A stretch of 64,000 nucleotides of DNA from Chlorokybus atmophyticus (GCA_009103225.1 RHPI01003508.1:234725-298724); one strand, 5' to 3'. Positions 23,612 through 41,248 are shown, counted from the first letter of the stretch. Notes: generated by a model from the letters alone, not told the origin. Made by a program: numbers and translations.

Positions 23612-26600
23612 ATGCTGCCTCTAACGCTCCCCCACCACCGCCCGCAGCGCCGTCGCCGCCCCCGTACCACACAGGTACGACCACAAGCTCAAGCTCTTGT
23701 GCCAAAGCTCATGCTGCTGTTATGCGTATGGCAGAGCGCAGCGGGAGTAGCATGCGGCGGAGGCGGTGATGTCGGTGGCGGCATGGAGACGGTTGCTGGT
23801 AAGCACCTGCTGCTGCGGTGCTGAAGCGTGCTCCCCGTGTTGCTGTCATAAGCTGCAAAGCTACTCAGCAACACACACAGCAAGCTGCTGCGATCGTTGT
23901 GACTGCTTGCTTCTCATTGCTATGTTACGTTGTGTTGTTCACTTGCCTAGTGGGTGCTTCACACCCATAGGCTGCAGTGCACACATGCATTGGTATACAG
24001 AATGTCAACAGGCAGGCTTGTAGACTGCACCACGACCAGTATCGAGAAATATCAACAGTTGCCAGGATGACCACATAAACTCGTGTTTCAATCAACTGCA
24101 ATGCATCGCGTGGCATTCTATGCCATTCGTCTACCCAGGTCGTAAGCAGAAATTGTTTGTAAGCCCAAACTGTCCTTTTCAATTAGTCACAAAGTCTGTA
24201 CGTGACTTGCAACGAAAAGTAGGCATAACATTAATAAGCACACACAGCAATAGCTTGCTGAGCTTCAGTGCAGTTTGGGTACAGCCTTGTTGGTTGTGCA
24301 TCGACATGGTAGTCGCAAACTTGCACACAGACACGCGCGCACACGCACACGCAGGTGCAGGCGCATATGCGCGCACGAGGATGCTGCCTCTCATGCATGT
24401 AGCACTGTGCCGGCTGGATCTTGACGCTTGTAAACCTTTCCTACAGAACTCAAGTGGTACCTGCCACTGCAGGCATTGCTGTTGACTCTCTCTGCACAAT
24501 GCTGCCCGGCCGGCGCCGCACTTGGAGACTGTGCCGTTGCGATGACTCAGGGCCGTCGCAGCAGCATGGAAGACCGCGCAGTGTGCGTGCCAGACCTGTT
24601 GTCTGCTTTAGGCAAGCAAACACATGCATGACAGCTGCACTGAACAACGTGTTGCTTATGCGGCTAATTGCGTTATGACATGGTAGATGGTTCGGAAGTG
24701 CCGCTATTGGGGTATTATGCTGTCTTTGACGGCCACTACGGCAGCCGAGCGGCTGACTTTGCTGCTGACAAGCTCAAAGAGGTGCTGCGCGCTGCAATGC
24801 TGGATGGCAACCACACGCATGCGCTGCTGACTCGCCACTGCGATGCTTTGCTGCATGGCAACTTCACTGCTGCTGTGCTCAAGTCATTTGAGGTTGTTGA
24901 TGAGGCCTTTTCAGAGGTACGAACTACCACAGAGTGATATGCAATGAATGTCTATCCATCAACCCACAAGGTACTTCATTTCTGCTAGTTGAGTCCGTTA
25001 AGTTGTTCGCTTTTTGCATGCTTGCGCGCAGGTCGCTCTGAATACTGGCCTCCCAGATGGCACAACAACTATTGTCGTACTATTGCTAGATGGTTGCCTG
25101 CTTGTGGCAAATCTCGGCGACTCGAGGGCGCTGCTATGCCAATCACCACGCAATGGAACTGGTATGGTTACTACTAACCCAATGATATTTCATGCTGTCT
25201 GGTTACCCCACAGTTCACTGAGTGATTATGCATATGGAACCGCAGCTGTTTGTTCATTTCAGGAGACAGGCAGCTGAGTTTTGCGGAGGCAAGGAGGCTG
25301 CGACGGGAGGCTGCCAGGCACAGGCAACTTACCGCTGCAGGTTGGTGGCATGTCGCTCACGGTGTTCACGGTGTCCTGTCCTTGCAACGGTCTGCATTGC
25401 AACTGGCAACAGAAGACCTTAGCTGCTGCTGTTGCTGTATGACGTATGCAGGCTCACTACCCTTACCAGCAAGCTCAGTGGTTCCTGTGCCGCTGTCAAT
25501 TGATCATGACCCGAACTGGCCAAGCGAGCGCTCGCGCATTGAAGCATCCGGTACAAGCCAGTATATGCTTACTTGTTTTTGTGTTTCCTACTAGCAATGC
25601 CTCTGCTTTGTGTGATAATTGTTTGTTTTTGTGCTTGGGATGTGCGTGCGCTCGTGTGGTTCCCTATATCAGTGCATGCATGCGTGAGTGCATGTACGTA
25701 TGTGTATGATTATGGTTGGCCGATACCTGCCCCTGTGCCAGTGCAGGTGGGTTTGTCACAAATATTGGAGGCATATGGCGCTTGATGGGTGAGTTGGCTG
25801 TTTCTCGGGCCTTTGGCGATATGCCGTTTCGCAGGTAATGTACCCCTTGCGTCATTGTTCCAGTCACCTCACCTTTTGACCACAACAAATATGCCTCGCA
25901 CCGCAGCTCATTACATCATAGTACACTTCAGGTATGGTCTCATTGCAGAGCCTGAGGTCTCAGCCTGGCGCAACCTTTCACAGCACAACAATCTCCTAGT
26001 CATTGCATCCGACGGCCTTTTTGAAACCTTATCAGACCAGGAAGTATGCGACATAGTGGCACTCAATGAAGGTAGCTTACAGGTGAGCATAAACGCATCG
26101 CTATTCAGTTTGATCCAGTCAATTGTGCTGTAACACGCCGACGCACACATGGAGCACACGATATTGGTTTGTTGTTTGAACTACACAACAAGGACGGTAT
26201 TTATTTTCTTGCAGGATGCAGCGGAAAGGTTGCGCGAACAAGCGTATGAGAAGGCCAGCATGGACAACATTGCTGTAGTGCTGGTTGATGTCAACAGCTG
26301 GGAGAGGAGTGAAACACATCGGCAGGCACGAGGAAGACAGGATGACATAATCCCAACTGCAGAAGTCATGCTCTACAATTCGGCAGAAGGTGACAGTAGC
26401 TGCACTGTCTCATTGGATACCGCTGGGCTTGCTGTGGATTCGGCTTCCGGTGTTCTCGATGCTTCAGTCTGGACGACGGTGCGCCAGTTGCTGCCGCCAG
26501 TATACAATGGCGGGCAAGGCAGCACATACCTTATGCCAGGAGCTGTGGTACATCCAATACTCGTAGCATGTGCATGTGCATGTGTATGCGCGCACGTGTA

Positions 26601-29116
26601 TATGTGCATATGTGCTTGCATGCATCTGTGCATGTGTACTTGGTTTTGTGAACTACAGGATCAATGCTGACTTCTTGTGTTGCACACAGGTCGGTGGACA
26701 TGGACTCGCATGGCAGTATCGCCTGCAGCTGCGGCTGACATTACTCCAGCCGCCTATGCAACATCTCTCTTTGCATGCATTGCCAGCCGAGGTGCACGAT
26801 GATGCACAGCACGACTACATGTACGGCCGTCTGGAATGGTATCCAGAACAATACATCGCGAATCTGCCTTCGGGATTTGCCTCCTTCCTCAGCTCCATAG
26901 GCTCCATCAACCTTCAGCGCCGTCATGAGGTGTCCGGCTCTCCGGACTCGACATCACGACATCACAGGTGCTATTCATGGCTACTGCGGTACATTTGTGT
27001 TCAAATTGTGCTGGTTAGTGCCATATAACCTGCTATACAACCTGTTTGTAACACCACTATGCAGGTACACCTTGCATGATAATTTTGCAAGAGGTGCTTT
27101 CGGTGACATATGGCGTGCGACGCGCTGCGATGCAGAAGAGCCGTGCGCTGAGTACACAGAATGGACCAGTCCGAACAGCACGGGTGACGGCAGCGAGGAA
27201 GAGCAAACAAACAACAACAACAACAACAACAACAACGGCAGCGATGCGTCTTCAGCTTCCTATTCATACATTCTGAAGCGAATACTTGTGCGCGAAAGCC
27301 CCGCCAAGGCACTGTCAGCTTTGCGCGAGGCGTACTTTGGCCAACTCTTCAGAAACATCACCTCAGCGGAAGTGGTGCTGCAAGAAGAGGATGTTGGCCA
27401 CATTGTGGAGTTCCATGAGAGTTTTGAGCGCAACGGGGGCGCAGAACTATGGCTCGTGTTTGAAGATGCAGGTAATGTAACAATGGGTCATTACCTGGGT
27501 AACCAGCTTTGTTGGTTGCCACAAGTACTGTGTATACTTGCGTGGCAATGGGCGTATTACTCAGTTGCGTCCGCTTGCAGGCACGGCTTTGGCAAGCATG
27601 CTGTATGCGCCAGTTGCAGACTTCACAGATCCTGACTCTTCTCTCGGTGGCATGCGCTTGGTTGAGCCGTCCTCTTATTGGCGCTGGTTGAAGACAACCG
27701 AAGCCGGGCAGTATGCAACTCGCAACCTGTTGCAGCAGCTACTGCAAGTAAGCGTGCGCATGTGACCTGTTATCAGCGCCTGCAAGCATATCAACCTCTA
27801 TCGGTTGGCATGTTCAGGCATTGCGCTTCTGCCATGCGCATAACATAACGCATCGCGATGTGAAACCGGAAAACATGGTGCTGATGGAAACCCCAGGGCT
27901 CAATGGGTTGGGCATGGGTTCGACACATGACCAAAATCACCTTCGCCTTGTGGACTTTGGCAGTGCGCTGGACAACAATACCATACAATTCCTGTATGGA
28001 AAGCAAGGTAGCCGACATGCATAGATGTGGCCGAATATATGCTCACAGAGGAACATGCTTTGAAGCGGTGGTGGTCTCTCAACGCGATTTGTCGCTTTGC
28101 ATAGGTATCAATTCTGAACTTGTACTGCAGGTCCTACTATTGAGCAAGAGACGCCTGATTATGCGCCGCCGGAGGCCCTGTTTGGGACTTATTGGACACG
28201 CGCTCCACCGCATCGCACCGCAAAGCAAGCATGACTTAGCACTGTCTTCGAATTATGTTGATGAACATAATTCCAGAAAACAACCTTAGGAATGTTGTCC
28301 TGTAGGTATGACATCTGGAGCGTGGGAGTGGTCATGCTCGAGCTTGCTCTCGGAACTCCACACGTGTTCAACATTGATGCAAGGACGCGCGCTTTGCTGG
28401 AGAGGAGACTGATGGGAGAAAACGAGCACAACCGCGACATGGCCTACAAGTACTGTTGATCTCTAAGCTATCATTGTTTGCTGGACTGTTGCCTGTGGTG
28501 CGTCTGTACTTGTTAGCAATTTCATCCCAGCATGTGGTGCGACTCAGGCTAAGAGCACTTCTGGAGATGTGCATCTTCCCACCAAGGCACACTGCCAGCT
28601 CTCCTGTCTCGTGGGCGTGCACTGAAGAGGCTTTGCAGACACACATTAAGATGCGAGACCCCCTCAACATCGGTCAGTGTTGTCTGACAACTCAATATGC
28701 TTTGTTCCTAGTAATGTTGTCGTTTGCTGCATGCTTGCAACAACTGCCATGCTGTCATAGCCAATGGCCTTGCATCCTTGGCATCCATACAGAGTGCTTT
28801 GACCATGGGCGGCTGACGTCTCACATACTCAGCTAGTTATTGCATGGAGCACATGCAGGGTGTCAACTGTTGGCACACTTCAAGAGGTAGCATGTCTTGA
28901 CTGGCAGGTATGCCGGATGTGTGGTCACTGCGGCTGCTGCGCCGCTTGCTGCAGTGGAGTCCAGACGACCGCATCACCTCAGCCGAAGCTCTGGAGCACG
29001 CTTACTTCCATGCCAGCGCCACGGGTTTTCAGTGTTCGCAATGCCCGGCGGAGTTTGAGTTTGCGTGGCAGCTTGACAGGCACAGACAGACTGTGCATGA
29101 ACTGCATACAGCTTAG
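23612..29116 (+). CDS. PP2C phosphatase - Ser/Thr protein kinase fusion with C-terminal C2H2 zinc finger (start codon uncertain)
   Basis: PP2C motifs QGRRSSMEDR, AVFDGHYG, VANLGDSRA, LSIDHDP, LAVSRAFGD, VIASDGL, SMDNIAVV. Kinase motifs RGAFGDIW, ILKR, THRDVKPEN, LVDFGSA, TPDYAPPE, YDIWSVG. CSQC-X12-H-X4-H at 29033-29098. Confidence 0.9.
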
Positions 29117-29609
29117 CGCAGTGCCAAGCATACTGTTTGAGGATTGGCGGGAAGCATTGGAAACACAACACTTGCGTTTACTACAAGCACAGGGCCGCAA
29201 GACAGGTTGATGTAGCACAATCTACAGGCCCACTGGACTGCGCTGATAACATGCAAAGGAGGAGGCAGTGGTTGTGGTAGCAGGATTTTGCTTCTGTTGA
29301 TCCACTGAACCTCATGTACAGCATTTGATTGGTTTCAGCAACACTGCATCAAAACCAGTTATTTGATGTAAAAGCATACGTTGACAGCAAACTGTATGGC
29401 CAGTTCCCTTGTGCGCGACGAACATGCACTTTACTGTGTAATCTGCACTGTTGCAGTCGCGGCACATCACATGCCGCTGTGCACGAATGGTTTCATGGCA
29501 CATTTGCGCAAGTCCACATTCAACAGTGTTGAAGTTAATGCTGCGCACTCACATTGCAATATGAACCACGAGCGGGGGACGCGGCATGCACAGTACTCGC
29601 ATTGCAGCG

Positions 29610-33133
<3,524 letters not shown>

Positions 33134-33807
33134 AAAAGTATGTTGCAAATATCACAGGAGCTCAAACAACTTCATTGGAACGTCAAGTAAACATCAAAGG
33201 GTTGATCGGAACAGCTTGAAGATTGTGAATGCAGCGCATGACCTGTCTATGGGTGCGAGCGTACGAACGAAAAAGAACCTGCCAGCTTGGCACACACAGT
33301 GCAAGCAAAGTGGATGTGACTACCACTGTCCATAGCGCAATGATGGAAAATTCACTTGAGCTTTACTCGCCGTGCAAGCAAATGTGCATACTGAACTGCA
33401 ATCGTTGACACTTGACAACGAGAGTCAGCTGAATCAGCGTCTCCATCAGCGTCTAGTAATCGCTTGCACACAGGTTACTTGCTGCTGCATTGTGCCAACA
33501 TATTGTATTGCACATGCATGACCGAGTTAAGAATAAGTTCGCTTCAGGTTTTCAATCGTCTTCACAAGCGCTAGGCACCACGCGTGGAGGCAACAGGCAC
33601 CCACAAATGCGCATCGCACAGCCTCAAACCACCAGCAAGAACCTCTGAAGCACACCAGACCAGATCCCATTTTCTCCTCCGCACACGAGGACGCAATCAA
33701 CAACGGCCATACATCCACAAACACACTCAAACCCACCTGCTGCGCCCGCCGCCGCTGCTGCCGCCGCCAACGCCATGCCTACCGCCACGCCTACCGCCGG
33801 CCACAAT

Positions 33808-33830
33808 CCTAACCCTAACCCTAACCCTAA
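33808..33830. repeat. Interstitial telomere-like (CCCTAA)n, ~4 units
   Basis: CCTAACCCTAACCCTAACCCTAA between the FtsH and EndoU gene starts. Confidence 0.8.
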
Positions 33831-34173
33831 TTTTCATCCTCGTTGATATCAGCAGCAGTTGTTATCAGAGGCATACGGGGATATACGTTTTGTTTATGCA
33901 GCCGGATAACTTCCAAAGTCGAATGGACACCTTCCCTTCCATGCTGTGGAAGGCAGTGTGGCTGTTGCCAACAGGAACAACTTGTTGGGTCACGGCGGTG
34001 ACGGCGATAGCGGGGTTGTGTGACAGGCTCAGGCCTAATGCTTTGCCGAGAAGCCGGAGCTGCTTTGCTCAAGCTGGAATTGCTCTGCATTGTGTTGCTG
34101 TGAACTGTTGGGTCGTTGAGACTTAACGCATTCCTGCTTGCCCCCAGCACACGCGCTAGCTAGCTAGGTGGCC

Positions 34174-36784
34174 ATGGCCTTCAGCATGGGCGGCCTGCTA
34201 AAGGCCATCCAGGGCGACGACGACAATGACGGTACCGGGCAAGGTACATGTGCACACAAGCCGAAGGTGTTCGTCACTTCAGCAGCATTGTTCGTCAAGT
34301 TATGCGTGCTAGGCATGCACTGTACACTGAGCGCTGACTCCGTCCGTCACGCCTGCGTTGACGGCCTTCATATGCTTGCAACTTGACTAGATTTGTCGCT
34401 GTGTGTGTTAAGCAGGCGACAGCAACCAGCAGAAACCCGGAGGGTTGCTTGGCAGCGCCCTGAACATGCTTAGCGACAAGTGTGAGTGCTTGCTTGCTTG
34501 CTTGTTTGTGGCACACTCAAGCATGCGTGTGTTTGTGCGCTTGGACCAAACACACAGCCTGACAGCTGTAAGCTGTCACGACAGTTGGTGAAGGGCACTC
34601 GCAAGCTGGCAGTGATGGCAAGCAGGGTGGCGGTTTCATGGGCGGGTTGCTAAACATGGCCCATTCTCACTTTCAAGGTGCGACACGTGAAAGCACAAGA
34701 ACTGGTTGCTCATGTTACAGCTGTTGAGTTTCATCTTACCAAGAGTCGGTGTGTCAGGAAGTCAGTCACATCACACAGAGGGTTCATCCCATGTAGACAG
34801 CCAGAGCTATGCACAGGTATACACACTAGTATTGATGGCATGTTGATGTTATCAATGCCTGTCCACCGCATGTGGTGTCCTCTCATGGTTAGGTGTTCAC
34901 TCATACGCGTGTTGTACACATCAGACAGCACAGCAGTCGTCTACCACACAAAGCGCTTGGTTGAAGCCGCAGCGCAATAATGATGATGGTGGCGAGGGGT
35001 TCCAACAACAACAGAGCCACACACAGACTTCTTCTTATCAAGCTTCTGCTAGTCAAGGAGCATGGGGCAAGCCTTTCACGCAATCACACGATGAATACAC
35101 TGCACCCGTGCAAAGCCAACATTACCAGCCTTCATCACAAGCTGCTCTGCCGGACACGACACCTACGGAAGAGGAGCTCAACAGCCTGTCTGCTGCGTGC
35201 ACACGTCTGTGGGACCTCGACATGAACCGCTTGACGCCCAACAGAGACTATACCATCAACGTCGGCGGCCAGCGTAGACGCATGGACACGGAGGACTACG
35301 CTGATGAGAAGCTGTTCGTGTCTGTTGAGCCCAGCGTCTTCCAGCGCCCAACATATCGCACTGTATGTTAGTGTTATGTTATCTGACTGTGATCGTCTTG
35401 CTTGCCTCAGGTGTTGATGACTCACACTTGTGCGTGCAGTTTTATGCGCTTTTGGACAATTATGAGGCTGCAACGGGGAGGGAAGAGACTGTGAGCCAGC
35501 AGGAGCTGCATGAAGACAAGCAGTTTCTGGACGCAATCATGCAAACAGCTCCCATGCAGTACTGCCACAAGCTGCTGGCTCAGATGAACATATCCGACGC
35601 AGATTCTGAAGCATTCAAGCAGCAACTCAACGACATCTGGTGAGCAGCAGTGTACTTATGGCTCACACATGGTGGGTCTGCAGCATGCATCGCGAAGTCA
35701 CTGGACTTGCAATGAGTTGGCATGCGCACACATTGCATAGTCTGACAGGTTGCTTGGCATATGCTAAGCGCACCAGCATGCCTCAAGCTATTGTTGAGAG
35801 TCGTGTGCATGCATTGCATGGTTGGTTGGTTCATTGGTGCGATCAACTGTGTGCACGCGCACACACACTTGCGCGCTGGCTCACTTGTGCACAAGTGCCG
35901 AGCTACCCCTACTCTCGTGAGAGAGATGTCTGCCCTGTGAGACTGACTGTAAGTTTGCCTGAACTGACCGCAGGTTCAAGATGTACCGCAGAGGCACGTG
36001 GAACGACTCGAGCGGGTTCGAGCACGTCTTCCTCGGCGAGCAGGACAGGGGAGAGGTGAAGGGCTGCCACAACTGGATTCAGATCTATCTGCTGGAGCAG
36101 AAGAATCTTCTCGACTACCGAGGGTGAGCAAGACACAGCTTGCAGGTTGATCATCGTCATTATCATCACCGTCTGCTCGCTAGTGCATAACACTATACTG
36201 TCTGGCCATTGTATGTAAGCTGACAATGCCATTGTGACTTGGCAGGTATATTGTCCCAAACAAGCGGGGTGGTTCACGGGACGACCCACCTGATGGTGAT
36301 GAACAGTTGTTGACCATCCAGTTCAGGTACGAGTCAGTGGTGTTTATCAAGTACTGGACATCCAGAAGCAGGCTTGGCTTGTTGTCAGTGCTGTCATGAA
36401 TGTTGTTGTCGTACTTGTGATGGCGGTGGTAGTTGGCTGCAATTCTTCTTGGAACAAGACTGTCCGCACTTATTGCCCATTGCGGGAATTGTGGTGTACA
36501 GCTGGAACGGCCAGACCAAGGCCATCTCAACGAGTTTCATCGGTGTATCTCCCGAATTTGAGGTGAGCAGGGTTCAAGCAAGTTTATGTCGTTCTTTGTC
36601 CTGAAGAGGCTTTCTGTTCTCAAGCGTATCCTGTCTTGATCTCCTGCAGGTTGCCCTCTATACGTTGTGCTTCTTAGCTGGTCAAGAACAGAACTACGTG
36701 GACATCGGCCCGTATCAAGTCCAAGTCCGCTGCTACTCGATAGCCAAGGGACAAATTGGCACGGCGTTTGCGGAAGCAATGTAA
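34174..36784 (+). CDS. ENDOU: EndoU/XendoU-family uridylate-specific endoribonuclease
   Basis: [66 protein letters not shown]; catalytic His, His and Lys positions are present. Confidence 0.93.
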
Positions 36785-37570
36785 ACGATGTGTTGCTTGT
36801 CTCAAGCGCTCATGTTGGGGCAGTTATTTTTTCACTTCCTTGTATCCATTGTTGAAGTTACATGTGTTCGAACAAGATGGTTTGCCTTGTGATGCGGCCA
36901 ATTGGCGTTGTCATGCCAGTTGTTGCCGCATGGTTGCAGGACTGAGTGAGAAATGCAGCACAGCTGTCTCAAGTTTTAGAGCTGACTGCGTTATGTTTCA
37001 TTTATTGATGGTTGTGGCCACTGCAGAGGTTGTAAGTAATTTAGTAAAATCTGCAGCAGGTTGTGGTGAAAGGTACCTTGCTTGTATACACATTCATTCA
37101 TGCGTGTGATCAAAGGTGTTGCTGCTGCAAGTGTACACTTATCCATGGCGACGGCTGAACAGCAAGTTTTGCTCATGTGTAAGTAGAAATACAGGCAATT
37201 ACACTTCCGACACACCGAAGCTGCCGCAAAGTTGTTACAGAAGATTTGATAATCAAGCCTTTATAACTCAGCATTATCCGCTGCATGCAAACAACAGCAG
37301 ACATTACGCCAGTGTCAATAGCATTCACTGGAATTGGCAAGTGTTGTTGGTTATTCCTCACTCGCACAAACTCCGCTAAACTGAGAAAGGATACTGGTTA
37401 TACATCGACATCAGACGCAGATTTCACACTCACACACGCATAAAACTGCCAAAAGGTTATTTATATAAACAGAAAGGAAAAAGTAGTTGCCAAAGGCAAG
37501 CAACAAGGGGTATACTAGGGTGTCCAACTCTACGCCGTTATTTGCAGCTAGTGCATGCAATGCAACCCTT

Positions 37571-39604
37571 CTACTTGGGGCTCTGGTTGAACAGACCCAG
37601 GGCAGAGCCCTTGTTGCTGGCGAAGAAGTCGGTGTAGTCCGCCACGGAGGTTCCGAAGGCAGCGGCCATGATATCAGCCGGGAAGGTTTTGGTCTTTTGG
37701 TAAATCTGTTGGTAAGACACAAACACAAACAACTTAGTTTGTGACATTACACTGGAGTGAGTTGACGAATGTTGGAGAGAGACACCCGTCACATGTACAC
37801 GCATTCTCACGTGTATGCGCACGCACTGAGTGTATCAGTGGTGTTGGATGTATGAAATCATGCCACACATCCAAAGCACCCGTGTTCAGTACTTACAGCA
37901 ACAGCGGATGTGAAGAACACTGCGGGGATCTCGGGCGTGTTGAACCACGAGAGAAGCGTGAGTCCCTCGGTGCTGATGGCAACAGGCTGGTGGATGTAAG
38001 AGGGAGGAATGAGGGACGCGGCGCCCGCGGCTTCGATCTCGACACCGTTCTTGATAGCCTGAAACGTGATTAGGGAAAGCATGAGCATGCTATTGACACA
38101 ACGCCGGGACACACACATTCACATACATCAACTTGCCTTTCCGTCAGGGCCAGCGAGGATGGTGGTGCCCTTGCCCTTGAGAACATAGTTGATCTCCAGG
38201 GCGTCGTAGTGCTCGTGAGCAACCACACCAGCATTCTGCAAGGTGGGATGGGTGGGTGGGTGGGTGGGCGCTTTGTGTTGTGAAACACACCACATCACTG
38301 ATAAGACGTTGACAGCATCATCGTTAGAGTCTTACTGGCTGAAGGGTGGGGAAGATGAGAGACGCGCCAATGAGGCCAGTCTCAGGAAAGTTTGGCAGAC
38401 TGCAATCACGGGTGTAACCGACACCCGCAAACTGCACCAGCGCCAGAGCCCTATTCAGACATCCTCATGAGTGACTTCTATTACACCACCACCCCAAACA
38501 CACAAGCACACATACACACACAAGCATGAAGGCTTACGGGTTGCCACAATGAAGGATGAAGTCACCCTGGGGGGTTCCATCACGGCCATCGCCAACGAGA
38601 CGAGGAGGCACGGGGTTGGCGGCGCAGACAGCAGTTGGAAGGTTCACCATGCCGCCATGTCTCTGCTTGTTGAAGAAAGCCTTTGCCTGTTTGACATCAG
38701 ACACTTAATGGTTCACTTGCAAGTGCGGACGCAAGCACACCTACACGTGCGTGTGTGTGATGCGTACCCGGGCCTTGGTGACGTTGTAGGTGGTGGCCAC
38801 CTCCTTCAGAGGCTGGTAGTTGGGGAAGAAGGTCTTGCCAAAGACGTAGGTGAACTGCAGCTGCTGGTTCTGGGGGTTGATGGTAGAGAACTGCACGACA
38901 CAACAACAAGAACAACAACAAACCCACATCAGTCACTGCACCCGCTCTCTCAGTACACCCAGTCTGATCAATGCATCTGTCCTATCTAACTCACCTTGTG
39001 GTAGCCGATGATCTTGAGCTTGTCGCTGGTGGGGTTCATGATCCAGAAAGGCCAGGCGATGGGGACGGCAAGAAGGTCCTCCTCATGCAGCTGAGTGGTG
39101 TTGGTGAGCTCAGGGTAGAAGGGAGTGAAGGCATTGGTCATGCCAATCTTGGCAGAACCTACACAACAACCAATATGTTGGTTTGGGTCGTTGTTGTTGT
39201 TTGTCTGAACAGTGAAGTACACACTAACAATAGCTCACCTGAGGCGACGAAGAAGAGGGAGCCAGCATTGGGGATGAAGAGTGGACCCCAGATGGAGCAT
39301 GGCTCAATCACCACTTCTGTCAACGCTACACCAAAGTCACCAATCAGCCCCTGGTCTTGCACGTGAATGTAGCCGCCCTGGTACCGCTGTGACACGAACA
39401 GGAGAGGTGAGTTAGCATGTGGTTGTACGGTTGTATGTGCGTGAGAGCGAGAGAGGGAGAGAGGTGTACCAGCTTGGGGGCTTCCTCCAAGACGAAGTCA
39501 ATGGATTGCACGCCTGAAGTCTTGGCGTTGGTTTGGACCAGATCAGCATAGGTGGAGCTGGCAAAGAGGAGGACGCACAGAGCCAACAACGTCCTGGACG
39601 CCAT
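37571..39604 (-). CDS. Secreted bicupin protein (globulin/germin/oxalate decarboxylase superfamily)
   Basis: Signal peptide MASRTLLALCVLLFASSTYA; cupin 1 WGPLFIPNAGSLFFVASG / LLAVPIAWPFWIMN; cupin 2 AHEHYDALEINYVLKGKG / LIPPSYIHQ; about nine exons, one with an apparent GC donor. Confidence 0.85.
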
Positions 39605-41140
39605 CTTTGCTGCTACACCTTAAGATACACAACTGGCTGTGAGTGCCCCGCTCTCTTACACAACAGAAGCAACCATCTTGTATGTATACACATGTGTACA
39701 CAATCACATGCACAAGGCCATGCATGAGAGAATGGCTGTACAAGCGCACCTGAAGGGATAACAGGTGGAGGAACTGTATGGTTAACTGCAAGTGACTGGC
39801 AAGTGTCCTTTGAAACAGTCAGCTATGCCAGCATGCGGCTCCATGCTGGCTATTTATACTCCTCGACAGGAATACGCAGCAATGCTGCGGCGACAGGGCT
39901 AGGCAAACGACGTCATCTGAGCAATTGCCGGGATGCAATAAGACCAAAAAAATCAATGTACGCAATCTGCCTGATCTGTACAATGCATTGATGACTGCTG
40001 CCTTCCAACCGGTCGACACTGTGGTGTCCTATTGTCTACCCAAGCCACTATTGTGACGCTCCATACTGGCGCTGCATGCAACGCCAGTATGGCAACAGTG
40101 TAAGGTCAGTTCGTGCATGGCTTGCGCATACATGTACCAAGACCAACTCTATCAGAACATCAGCATTGATATCAGTGTTGGTACGTGATAGATCGTGACT
40201 GATATGGATGCTACCTTGGAGTAGCAGCGATACTGTTTTGCTATGTATACAGGCCTAGCATTGTTTCTTGCCCGTCAGCACAGCAGCAATTCTCAACAAG
40301 CCTCGTGCTGCTGGACACAGCAGTTCATCACAGTCTAAAGGGTACATGCTTAGAATTCAAAGTGATCATGCATGCAACGATTAGATGAGTGTTATCCAAT
40401 TCAGTTGCGTACCGGTATTGCACCGCACGTTTCGACCCGCAACTAGCCTTAGAGGGTATCTTCGGTAACATTTTGTGCGGTTCCCTCAAGCAGGTACCCG
40501 TACGCATGCCACCGATGAACACGTCAACATCAGGGCAGGCGCCTGATGTTCATGTGTCAGATTCTGCATGCACAAAATGCGTTCAGCCTGGTTGGGGACT
40601 TGAAGGGGTCGCAGGCGCAGTCGCTGCATGCCGGAAAGGCGCCCCCAAACTGGCATTGACTGTTTTTTTGCAGCAGTCGTATCAAGGCTGTGGAAGTCAG
40701 CCTGTCTCTTTAAGCCGTACGACCGCACGTGTCTCGTACATTATGTACGCGGTGTACCGTCAAGGGATCTCATGGGCCGCGATGCCGTCATGCATTGTCA
40801 TACAGATACATGGCCCTTGGCCCATTGTGCGTGACGCGCAGTGTCTTTGTCCAACCGGGACCTGTACCAGTCCTTTGCCTCTGCACGCTCGTGTTGTACT
40901 TTTAAGCCAACAAAGACAGGAGTGTGCGTTGAATTATACATTGCATGTAACTTCTCCTCGTGCTGGAACTTTATACCAGGTGAGATCTGCCGTAATATAT
41001 TACCGTGGGGAGAAACATGTAGTGTGAATTTGCAATGTTATACCCCCCCTCTTCTTCAATGGGCAGCAAGTGTGCAATTGTAGATGATGAATTGCTGAAA
41101 GACGAATGATAGTTAACTACATATACTAGTGTTGCATGTT

Positions 41141-41248
41141 CATCCTTACAGCAGCATCATTGCGCATAAGAATAATGCATACAATATAACATACCATCCT
41201 TACAGCAGCATCATTGCGCATAAGAATAATGCATACAATATAACATAC
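41141..41248 (+). repeat. Exact 54-bp tandem duplication
   Basis: CATCCTTACAGCAGCATCATTGCGCATAAGAATAATGCATACAATATAACATAC occurs twice. Confidence 0.95.

Noticed and set aside
40389-41027. 212-aa plus-strand ORF
   Set aside because: No recognisable motif, splice context or start context; likely a chance ORF in decayed repeat DNA.
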